The notes under the pieces: model-generated
Told to the model about the DNA's origin: nothing
The model's database searches: none
The model's input: only the letters and a program-made list of their open reading frames with translations
Position numbers and translations under genes: made by a program
Shown: positions 28,076 to 36,733 of the stretch, piece after piece
Layout: the number at the start of each line of letters is the position of its first letter
Numbering within the stretch: the stretch's first letter is position 1
Source: an uncultured delta proteobacterium
Lineage (GTDB): Bacteria; Myxococcota_A; Polyangia; Polyangiales; B10-G4
Reading direction: 5' to 3'
Length of the DNA stretch: 64,000 bases
Assembly: GCA_963727445.1 (NCBI GenBank)
Contig: CAVSGI010000017.1
Span: forward strand, 128,001-192,000

Positions 28076-31000
28076 ATGGGCGAGCTCGACGAGACAGAGA
28101 CGGCGCGCGGCGCCCTTCCCGGGCAGCCGCTCGCACCCGAACCGTCCGAGCCGTTGATCCGGGGCATGATGCTCACCGATCGGCTGCGCCTGGTCCGTCC
28201 TCTGGACCGCGGCGGGATGGGGTCGGTGTGGGTCGCCGAGCACCTGGGGCTCGGCAACGAGGTCGCGGTCAAGTTCGTCCTCGGTCGCGCCAACGACAAT
28301 CGCGCGAAGCGGCTGGCGCGCGAAGCGCAGCTCGCCGCCCGCCTGGTGCACCCGCACGCGGTGCGCGTCTTCGATCACGGCGTGACCGATCACGGCACGC
28401 CGTTCATCGTGATGGAGCTCCTCGAAGGCGAGACGCTCAACGACCGGATCCAGCGCGCGGGGCGGATGACCATCGACGAGGTGCGCCAGCTGGTGACGCA
28501 GGTCACGGGGGTGCTGGAGGAGGCGCACGGCCTCGGCATCGCACACCGCGACATCAAGCCGCACAACATCGTGCTGCTGGAGGCGACCGAAGGCCTCTTC
28601 GCCAAGGTGCTCGATTTCGGCATCGCGAAGTCTCTGGATGAGGACATCTCATCGAGCTTGACGACCGAAGGCGAGGTCATCGGGACGCCGGTCTACATGG
28701 CACCCGAGCAGTTGGTGGAGGGGCTGCCCGCAGGAGAGAGCGCCGACCTCTGGGGGCTGACGGTGGTCGCTTATCAGGCGCTCACCGGGCAGCGGCCCTT
28801 CGAGGGGCGCACCCGCGCCGCGCTGGGCGTGGCCATCCTGCTCGGTCGTTACGCCGCCCCCTCGGCGATCGATCCCGCCGTGCCTTCCGACATCGACCGC
28901 TTCTTCGCCGACAACCTCTCCGTCGAACCGAGCCAGCGATGCGCCACGGCGAGCGAGCTCCGCGAGAGCTTCCAGAAGGCCGCGACGAGCAGCGCCCGGG
29001 GGACAGCTCGAAAGCCCCGCCACGAGGGCCGCCTGGTGATCCCCGATCGACTCTACGGGCGGGAGCGAGAAGTGGCGACGCTGCTCGGCGCATTCGATCG
29101 GGCGGCGGCGGACCGCTCGCGCCTGGTGCTGATCGCGGGGTACTCGGGCATCGGCAAGACCGCGCTGGTCGCCGAGATCGAAACGCCCCTCGACGCGCGC
29201 GGCGCGACCTTCGTCGGGGGCAAGTTCGACCAGTTCGACAGGGGCACGCCCTACGCCAGCCTGGTGCAGGCCTTCCGCGGTCTGGTGCTCCGCATCCTGT
29301 CGGGCAAGGAGCGCGAGGTCTGGCGCCGGCGCATCGTTCGGGGCGTGCGCGAGAACCTCGCCGCGCTGACCGACGTGATTCCGGAGCTCACGGATCTCAT
29401 CGGCCCTCAACCCGCGCTCGAGCCCGCTTCGCCGGGCGAGGCGCGCAGCCGTTTCCAAGCGACCATCGGTCGCTTCGTCGCCGCCCTCGCCTCGTCGGAG
29501 CGGCCCCTGGCGATCTTCCTCGACGACCTGCAGTGGGCGGATCTGCCGTCGCTGGACCTCATCGCTTCTCTCGCGACGAACCCGGAGAGCCGACACGTCC
29601 TGTTGATCGGGACCTATCGCGACAACGAGGTCGACGAAGCACATCCGCTCACGGCGATGATCGGACGCGTGCGCGACTCGGGCGCGGCCCTCGACGAGGT
29701 CGCCCTCGGGCCGTTGGGTGAAGAGGCGGTCTTGGATCTCGTCACCGACGCGACCCACAACGCGCCCGGCCGCGTGCGCCTCGCGGTGGAGTGCCACAAG
29801 AAGACGCGCGGCAACGCTTTCTTCCTCCGTCGCTTCCTCGAATCGCTCACCGAAGCCGACCTGCTCCGCTTCGACGCCGACTCGAATACCTGGACTTGGG
29901 ATCTCACCGAGATCCAAGCCGTGCCCATGGCGCCGAGCGTGGTCGATTTCGTCGCGGACGAGATGCGGCGCATGCCAGAGCCCCAGAGGCAGCCCCTGGG
30001 CGTGGCCGCCTGCATCGGCGCGCGCTTCGACCTGGCGGTGCTCGCGTTCGTTCTCGGCATCGATCGAGGCCGCGCCCTCGAGGCGCTCCGTGGAGCGCTC
30101 GAGTCCGAGATGGTCCTGCCCGAGACGCATGGCAGCTGGCTGGCCGGCCCCATCGACCTGCACGAAGGGCGACTCTCCTTCCGCTTCGCCCACGACCGCG
30201 TCCGGCAGGCCGCGCGCTCTCTCGTGGACGACGAAGCGGCCGCGCTGATCCACGGGCGCGTGGGGCGCTACCTCCTCGACCACCTCGACCCCGCGGAGCG
30301 CGAGCAGCGGCTCTTCGAGGTCGTCGAGCACCTGAACCGCGGGGGCGCGGAGGACCTGGAGAGCACCGGTGCGTCGCGCTTGCGCCGCCTGAATCTCGAC
30401 GCGGGCAAGCGGGCGCTCGCCTCCGCCGCGTTCGAGCCGGCGTTTCGCTATTACCAGGAGGCGCACGCTCGCCTGCCGCAGAGCGCCTGGGACGATGGCT
30501 ACGCCGAGACGCTGGACATCCACGTCGAAGGGGCGCGGGCCGCCTACCTGAGCGGCGAGTACGACGCGATGGAAGAGCTGTTGGGCGTCGCCCTCGCGCG
30601 GGCGAAGAGCCCGGTGGAAAGGGCCCGGGTTCAACAGGTGCGCCTTTCGGCCCTGGTGAGCCAGGAGCGCTTCGTCGAAGCCTTCGCCCTCGCCTCGCCG
30701 GTCCTCGCCGAGCTGGGGGTGACGCTCCCGGAGGCGCCCACCGGCGAGGACGTGAAAGCCGCGGTGGGCGCATCCCTGGGCGTGATCCAAGAGCATGGGG
30801 CCGAGGCGATCCTCTCCCTCGAGCGATGCGAGGACCCCGAGGTCGTCGCCGCCATGCACATCCAGTATCAGGTGATGTCGAGCGCCTACCTCGTGCAGCC
30901 CAACCTGGTGCCGGTCCTGACCTCGAACATGGTCCGGGCGACCGTGGAGCACGGCCTGTGCAGAGAGTCGCCCTACTGCTTCAGCGTGCTCGCCCTGGTC

Positions 31001-31984
31001 TTGAACGCCGCCAACCTCATCGAGGCCTGCGCCGGCGTCGGTGAGCTCGCCCTCGGCCTGCTCGACAAGGTCGACGATCGCGCCATCCGGCCGAGCACGC
31101 TTCACGTGATCGCGTGCTACGTGCATGCGTGGACCCATCCCCTGCGCGAATCGATCGAGGCCGAACGGCGCGTCTTTTCGGTGGGCATGGACGTCGGGGA
31201 TCTCGAATACGCCGGATGGGGTCTGCACGTCGGGATGCTCAACAGCTTCGTCAGCGGCACCGAGCTGTCGAGCCTCTTGGAGACGGGCGAAAAGGACATC
31301 GCCATCCTCCGTTATCACCAGCAGCTCCCTCCTCTCTCCTGCTCGGTGCCCATCGCTGGCGCGGCCGCGACCCTCGTGGGGGCGCAGCCCGAGCCGCTTT
31401 ACGACGAAGCTGCGCACCTGTCGGCGCTCGAGGAGGCCGGCTTCCGGGGCGGCGTATGCGTCACCGCGACGATGGGGGCCTTCGTTCGTTTCGTGATGGG
31501 CGATCTCGAAGGCGCAGCCGAATGGGCCGACAAGAGCCTCGCCCACCTGGACGGCGCGGTCGCGACCTACAACGGCGTGCTCGGCCACCAGACCCTCGCG
31601 CTTGGCAGGCTCGGGCAGGTTGCACCGGGCGATCCGGAGGTCGACGCCGTCGTGGCGTCGGTGGCTCCGCACCTCGAGCAGCTCGGCATCTGGCGCACCG
31701 CCTCCGAGGCCAACCACGCCCATCGCGTGCTCCTGATCGAGGCCGAGGTCGCTCGCGTCCTGGGGCAGGACGAAGAAGCGGCGCAGCTCTACGATCGCGC
31801 CATCCTGCAGGCAGGAGGCGAGGAGTTCACCCAGGACGTCGCCCTCGGCCACGAGCTCGCCATGCGCTTCCATCGCGCGCGCGGCGACGACGGCGCGGCT
31901 GAAGCGCACCGGAAAGCGGCTCGAACGGCCTACGAAGCGTGGGGTGCGCGCGCGAAGTGCGCGCAGCTCGACGCCGCCGGTTGA
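28076..31984 (+). CDS. Ser/Thr protein kinase fused to STAND/AAA ATPase and helical repeats
   Basis: RGGMGSV, VAVK, HRDIKPHN, DFG, GTPVYMAPE; LYGRE.E, GYSGIGKT, FLDDLQWAD, F.HDRV. Confidence 0.92.
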   Translation: MGELDETETARGALPGQPLAPEPSEPLIRGMMLTDRLRLVRPLDRGGMGSVWVAEHLGLGNEVAVKFVLGRANDNRAKRLAREAQLAARLVHPHAVRVFDHGVTDHGTPFIVMELLEGETLNDRIQRAGRMTIDEVRQLVTQVTGVLEEAHGLGIAHRDIKPHNIVLLEATEGLFAKVLDFGIAKSLDEDISSSLTTEGEVIGTPVYMAPEQLVEGLPAGESADLWGLTVVAYQALTGQRPFEGRTRAALGVAILLGRYAAPSAIDPAVPSDIDRFFADNLSVEPSQRCATASELRESFQKAATSSARGTARKPRHEGRLVIPDRLYGREREVATLLGAFDRAAADRSRLVLIAGYSGIGKTALVAEIETPLDARGATFVGGKFDQFDRGTPYASLVQAFRGLVLRILSGKEREVWRRRIVRGVRENLAALTDVIPELTDLIGPQPALEPASPGEARSRFQATIGRFVAALASSERPLAIFLDDLQWADLPSLDLIASLATNPESRHVLLIGTYRDNEVDEAHPLTAMIGRVRDSGAALDEVALGPLGEEAVLDLVTDATHNAPGRVRLAVECHKKTRGNAFFLRRFLESLTEADLLRFDADSNTWTWDLTEIQAVPMAPSVVDFVADEMRRMPEPQRQPLGVAACIGARFDLAVLAFVLGIDRGRALEALRGALESEMVLPETHGSWLAGPIDLHEGRLSFRFAHDRVRQAARSLVDDEAAALIHGRVGRYLLDHLDPAEREQRLFEVVEHLNRGGAEDLESTGASRLRRLNLDAGKRALASAAFEPAFRYYQEAHARLPQSAWDDGYAETLDIHVEGARAAYLSGEYDAMEELLGVALARAKSPVERARVQQVRLSALVSQERFVEAFALASPVLAELGVTLPEAPTGEDVKAAVGASLGVIQEHGAEAILSLERCEDPEVVAAMHIQYQVMSSAYLVQPNLVPVLTSNMVRATVEHGLCRESPYCFSVLALVLNAANLIEACAGVGELALGLLDKVDDRAIRPSTLHVIACYVHAWTHPLRESIEAERRVFSVGMDVGDLEYAGWGLHVGMLNSFVSGTELSSLLETGEKDIAILRYHQQLPPLSCSVPIAGAAATLVGAQPEPLYDEAAHLSALEEAGFRGGVCVTATMGAFVRFVMGDLEGAAEWADKSLAHLDGAVATYNGVLGHQTLALGRLGQVAPGDPEVDAVVASVAPHLEQLGIWRTASEANHAHRVLLIEAEVARVLGQDEEAAQLYDRAILQAGGEEFTQDVALGHELAMRFHRARGDDGAAEAHRKAARTAYEAWGARAKCAQLDAAG

Positions 31985-31996
31985 CCAGCAGCCTCG

Positions 31997-33391
31997 TCAG
32001 CGGAGCAGCTCGCCCTGCCCCACACGCTTGATGAACTGGCCGCCGCCCTTGGTCTCGAGCTTGGTGTCGCGGACCACGACTCGACCACGGCTCAGGACCG
32101 TCTCGGTGAAGCCCGTGACCTCGAAGCCTTCGTAGGCCGAATAGTCGACGTTCATGTGGTGGGTGATGGGGTTGTCGATGCTGATCGTCTCCTTGCGCTC
32201 GGGATCGAAGATCACGATGTCCGCGTCGGAGCCGACGGCGATGGTGCCCTTCTTGGGGAAGAGGCCGAAAGCCTTGGCGGCGGCCGTCGAGGTGAGCTCG
32301 ACGAAACGGTTGAGGCTGATCCGCCCGGGCACCACGCCGCCGTTGAAGACCAGGCTCATGCGGTTTTCCACGCCGGGAGCGCCGTTCGGGATCTTGGTGA
32401 AGGTGTCCTTCCCCAGCTCCTTCTGGTCCTTCATGCAGAAGGGGCAGTGGTCCGTGGCGATGGTCTCGAGGTCGCGGAACATCAGTCCCTGCCAGAGCTC
32501 GTCCTGGTTCCACTTCTCGCGCAGCGCCGGGGTCATGACCCACTTGGCGCCTTCGAAGCCGTCCTTGTCGTAGATGGTCTCGTCGAGGAAGAGGTACTGG
32601 GGGCAGGTCTCGGCGATCACGTCGACGCCGCGCGCGCGCCCGCGCTTCACCTCTTCGAGGGCGTCGGAGCAGGACAGATGCACGATGTAGAGGGGCACCT
32701 CGGCCACCTCGGCGATGGCGATGGCGCGGTGAACGCCTTCGGCCTCCATGCGCGTCGGCCGGGTGTGGGCGTGCCAGCGGGGAGCGGTCTTGCCGTCCTG
32801 CACCGCCTGCTTGACGATCTCGTCGATGACGATGCCGTTCTCGGCGTGCATGCAGATGCGGGTGCCGTCCTCGCCCGCCTTGCGGAAGGCGCGGTAGAGA
32901 GTGCCGTCGTCGACGTAGAGCACACCCGGGTACGCCATGAAGAGCTTGTAGGAGCTCACGCCCTCGTCGCGGAGCTTGGTCATCTCCGGCAGCCGCTCGT
33001 CGGGCATGTCGGTGATGATCATGTGGAAGCCGTAGTCGATGGTGGCCTTGCCCTCGGCCTTGGCGTGCCAGGTGTCGAGGCCCTTGATGGTGGATTCGCC
33101 CTTGGACTGGATCGCGAAGTCGATCAGCGTCGTCGTCCCGCCGTGGGCCGCCGCGATGGTGCCCGTCTCGAAGTCGTCGGCGCTGTTGGTGCCGCCGAAA
33201 GGCATGTCCATGTGCGTGTGGGGATCGATCCCGCCGGGGATGACCAGCTTGCCCTTCGCGTCGATCGTCTCGTCCGCCTGAACGTTCAGGTTCTTTCCGA
33301 TCTGGGCGATCTTTTCGCCGTCGATGAAGACGTCGGCGTAATAGTCGTCGGTCGCCGTGATGACGCGGCCGTTGGTGATCAGAATGCTCAT
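31997..33391 (-). CDS. hydA: Dihydropyrimidinase (D-hydantoinase)
   Basis: PGGIDPHTH, GGTTT, SYKLFMAY, HAENG, YIVHLS, AETCPQYL, DHCPF, IPNG.PGVE. Confidence 0.95.
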   Translation of the reverse strand: MSILITNGRVITATDDYYADVFIDGEKIAQIGKNLNVQADETIDAKGKLVIPGGIDPHTHMDMPFGGTNSADDFETGTIAAAHGGTTTLIDFAIQSKGESTIKGLDTWHAKAEGKATIDYGFHMIITDMPDERLPEMTKLRDEGVSSYKLFMAYPGVLYVDDGTLYRAFRKAGEDGTRICMHAENGIVIDEIVKQAVQDGKTAPRWHAHTRPTRMEAEGVHRAIAIAEVAEVPLYIVHLSCSDALEEVKRGRARGVDVIAETCPQYLFLDETIYDKDGFEGAKWVMTPALREKWNQDELWQGLMFRDLETIATDHCPFCMKDQKELGKDTFTKIPNGAPGVENRMSLVFNGGVVPGRISLNRFVELTSTAAAKAFGLFPKKGTIAVGSDADIVIFDPERKETISIDNPITHHMNVDYSAYEGFEVTGFTETVLSRGRVVVRDTKLETKGGGQFIKRVGQGELLR

Positions 33392-33422
33392 CGCTCGCTC
33401 CTCCAGCCTCAGAAGAGCGAGG

Positions 33423-33451
33423 ACTTTGCCGCGAAGATTCCTCGTCGTCCA
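33423..33451 (-). promoter_or_regulatory. Shared pyrimidine-catabolism promoter, copy D (hexamers only)
   Basis: TGGACG-N17-CAAAGT with the same hexamers and spacing as copies A and B, but a different spacer sequence. Confidence 0.6.
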
Positions 33452-33504
33452 GCGCCCCCCCCAAAGCCCCGACCCGAGGGGGCTGTCGGATGTATCATGG
33501 GGCG

Positions 33505-35553
33505 ATGGGCCTCGGTCGCGCGCTGCTCGCCACGCTGCTGCTCCTCGCCGCGTGCGGCGGTGACGATGTCCCGGCAGACGCGAGCGTCGATGCCGCCGAC
33601 AGCGCACCGGATGCCGCGATCACCGGCGCCGCGCCACCGGACATCCCCTGGTGGAACGCTCTGACTGACGCGGTCGATTCTCCGTTTCGCCAGATGAGCT
33701 GCCGCGAGGGTTATCGCACCGTCGTCGACGATGGCATCACGCTCTGCGAGCCGTGGCCCGAGACGGGACGCGCGACTTGCGGGTTCGGCGACAATCACTT
33801 CCCCGGAACGGTGGCCTGCGCCGCCGTGGGGGCGCCTTGTCCCAGTGGCGAGATGCCGGAGGACCTGCCCCTGGACGCGACCATCCGCTACGTCGACGAC
33901 GACGCTGCTGCAGGAGGTGATGGCAGCCTCGCGACCCCGTTTCAGCGGATCTCCGAGGCGTTGGTCGGAGCGGAGCCGGGCACGGTCGTGGCGGTCGCCA
34001 AAGGTACTTATGACGAAGCCCTGACCATCCCCGGCGGCATCACCGTACAGGGCGCCTGCGCCGCCGAGTCGATCATCGCGCCCAGCTTCGGCGACGCCTC
34101 CGCCGCCGTGGAGATGCTCGAGACGAGCCGTCTGACGAACATCGGCATCCACCCACGTGGCTGGGGCATCCATGCAAACGGAGAGAGCGTCACCATCGAG
34201 GGCGTGCACGTGGAGGGAGGAGCCCGTTACGGCATCCTGCACACCGCGGGACGCATGCAGCTCGATCGCGTGGTCGTTCAGAACGTGGCGCGGAGCTCCG
34301 CCGGCGTAGGAACGGGCATCCTGAGCATGGGAGTTCAGGCCATCCTCTCGAGCGTGGTGGTCGATCACGCGGCCACTCGGGGCGTCGAGCTGAGCGGTGT
34401 GCAAGGGGTCATCGACGCGCTCACCATCGTCGACACCTCCACGCCCGAGAGCGGAGGGGAGGGGGTGGGCATCGTGATCGGGCTGGGGTCGGTCACCATG
34501 GGCACCAACCTGCTGGTCGAGCGCTCGGTGGGGACCGGCCTTCAGATCGGCCACACCGGCACCATGGTGCAGCTGACCAACGCGATAGTTCGGGACACCA
34601 CGCAGCTCTTCGGGGATCGGGAGGGGCAGGGGATCTTCGTCGACGACGAGGCCGTCGCCACGCTGTCCCGCGTGCGCTTGGAGCGCAATTTCGTTAGCGG
34701 CATCGACATCGGCCGCGGCGCGTCAGTGCAGGCGAGTGGCTTCCTCGTTCAGGACATCGTGGGCGGGAGCGCGCTGGGCGAAGGAGGACACGGCGTGGGT
34801 GTGGCAAATGATGCTTCCGCTTCCTTGAGCGGAGGGGTGATTCGGGACGTCCAGGGTGGAGGCGTCGTCGCCAACGGCGACGGCACCGAACTGACTCTTC
34901 GCGGCGTGTGGATTCACGACATCAGTCCGGATCCCGCTGGCGCCTTCGGGCGGGGCGTGGGCGTCCAACTCGGGGCCACCGCCACCATCGAGACGACGCT
35001 CATCCAGAGCACGTACGAGATCGGTATCTTCGTGGGCGGCGCCGACACGAGCGCCACCCTGCGGGACGTCGTCGTCCAGGACACGCAGAGCCAGATGGCC
35101 GAGGGCTTCGGCGGCCGGGGGCTGAGCGTGGAGAACGCCGCCTCCGTCACCGCGGAGCGCCTGCAGATCGACCGGAGTCACGAGCTCGCGCTCATCGTGA
35201 TGGACGGGGAGTCGGCGATGAGCGGCACCGACGTCGCGGTATCGGGGGTCGCGCCCCGCGCGTGCGCGTCCACCACCTGTCCAGACGAGCCCTTCGGCAT
35301 CGGCCTCGGCAGCTACTATGGAGCGCGCCTCGACCTCACGAGCTTCGAGGTGGCGGACTCGGAGCTCTGCGGCCTGCAGCTGGCCGAAGGCGCGAGCATC
35401 GATCTCACCCGCGGCCTGGTGACCGGCGCCACCATCGGCGCGTGCGTGCAAGTCGACGGCTACGACCTCGACCGGCTCAGCAACGACGTCGAGTACCGCG
35501 AAAATGGCAGCCCGCTCGAGAGCACCATGCTGCCGATCCCCGACCCGAACTGA
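33505..35553 (+). CDS. Right-handed parallel beta-helix lipoprotein (DUF1565-like)
   Basis: Lipobox LAAC; CEPWP, GDGSLATPFQRISEAL...GTYDE; same architecture and C-terminus (LP.P) as 23737..25761. Confidence 0.82.
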   Translation: MGLGRALLATLLLLAACGGDDVPADASVDAADSAPDAAITGAAPPDIPWWNALTDAVDSPFRQMSCREGYRTVVDDGITLCEPWPETGRATCGFGDNHFPGTVACAAVGAPCPSGEMPEDLPLDATIRYVDDDAAAGGDGSLATPFQRISEALVGAEPGTVVAVAKGTYDEALTIPGGITVQGACAAESIIAPSFGDASAAVEMLETSRLTNIGIHPRGWGIHANGESVTIEGVHVEGGARYGILHTAGRMQLDRVVVQNVARSSAGVGTGILSMGVQAILSSVVVDHAATRGVELSGVQGVIDALTIVDTSTPESGGEGVGIVIGLGSVTMGTNLLVERSVGTGLQIGHTGTMVQLTNAIVRDTTQLFGDREGQGIFVDDEAVATLSRVRLERNFVSGIDIGRGASVQASGFLVQDIVGGSALGEGGHGVGVANDASASLSGGVIRDVQGGGVVANGDGTELTLRGVWIHDISPDPAGAFGRGVGVQLGATATIETTLIQSTYEIGIFVGGADTSATLRDVVVQDTQSQMAEGFGGRGLSVENAASVTAERLQIDRSHELALIVMDGESAMSGTDVAVSGVAPRACASTTCPDEPFGIGLGSYYGARLDLTSFEVADSELCGLQLAEGASIDLTRGLVTGATIGACVQVDGYDLDRLSNDVEYRENGSPLESTMLPIPDPN

Positions 35554-35567
35554 CTGACTCCCGCCGA

Positions 35568-36686
35568 TCAGATGAGCGGGCCCGGACAGCCGAAGTCGAC
35601 GTCGATGCTCGCGACGCTGCCCGACTGCACTTCGGTGCACTCCGCGCCGTAGAAGGTGATGGTGTTGGTGGTGGGGTCGTAGTCCCAGCCGCTGGCGTGG
35701 CTCGTGTCGCGGGGGATGAGCGCGCCCCCATCGAAGCTCACCTGGAAGAGCGCGGGATCGCGCGTCGGACCGTCGAGCTCGACGGTGCAGCTGGGTGGGA
35801 TGATCCCCGCGGCGATGGTGTCGAGGGCGGTCGCCAGCGCGTCGGCGGAGGTCGCCGAGTAGGGCGTGCCCGTCCCGCCCGCAGTCGCCATGCGGTTCAG
35901 CGCGGTGGGGTCACCGGTGATGTCGCTGCCGAAGCCGAGGACGTAGGTGTTCACGCCGGCGCTGGCGAGGTTGGTGATGGCGGTGACCGTCTCGTCCACC
36001 GTCTCCGCGGTGCTTCCGTCGGGCTGCTCGGGGCCGCAGTTCGGCAGGCCGTCGGTGGCGAGGAGCGCGAACTGGCCGACGGGATTGACCGGGATGGTGC
36101 CGTAGTAGGCGCGGGCCTCGTCGATCGACGAGAAGGTGGGCGTCGCGCCGGTGTTCGAGGTGGCGCAGCCGAAGAAGCTGACGTTGAGGCCCGCGAGCGT
36201 GCTCTGGATCGCGCTGGCATTGCGCATCATGATCGGGTTGCGCACCGTGCCGGCGCCGCAGGCCCCGTCTCCCGGAAAGAGCATGAGACCGAAGTTGATG
36301 CGGCCGTCGTAGGCAGTCACCAGGTCGTCGAGCGCGTCCTTCATGATCGAGAGCTTGGTGGTCATCGACCCGAACGAGCTCAGGAGCGGCGTGCACATCG
36401 AACCCGAGATGTCGACCACCAGGAGCATGTCGGGCGGGTCGCCGACGATGGTGGTCGCCACCGGCGTCGTCGACTCACAACCCGCGTCGACCCACATGCC
36501 CGTGTCCACGCGCATGCTGCTGTCGCGCCCGGTCACGGTCGAGTCGACGCCGCCGTCGGAGCCGCCGCCCCCGCTGTCGCTCCCAGTGCCGCCGCCGTCC
36601 CGGCCCGTGCCTCCCCCGCCGCGCGCGCTGCAACCGAAGGCGAAGAGAAGGGTCGTGAAGATGAGGCCGAAAGAGAAGGTACGCAT
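35568..36686 (-). CDS. VWA-domain lipoprotein (CglB-like)
   Basis: Lipobox AFGC; MIDAS DISGS, GATPT, LATDGLPNC, TYVLGFG; C-terminal GW.YD...G..C...FGCP. Confidence 0.82.
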   Translation of the reverse strand: MRTFSFGLIFTTLLFAFGCSARGGGGTGRDGGGTGSDSGGGGSDGGVDSTVTGRDSSMRVDTGMWVDAGCESTTPVATTIVGDPPDMLLVVDISGSMCTPLLSSFGSMTTKLSIMKDALDDLVTAYDGRINFGLMLFPGDGACGAGTVRNPIMMRNASAIQSTLAGLNVSFFGCATSNTGATPTFSSIDEARAYYGTIPVNPVGQFALLATDGLPNCGPEQPDGSTAETVDETVTAITNLASAGVNTYVLGFGSDITGDPTALNRMATAGGTGTPYSATSADALATALDTIAAGIIPPSCTVELDGPTRDPALFQVSFDGGALIPRDTSHASGWDYDPTTNTITFYGAECTEVQSGSVASIDVDFGCPGPLI

Positions 36687-36733
36687 CGGATCGGCAGGAT
36701 ACACCGGGAACGGTCTCCACGAGACCAGCCCCG

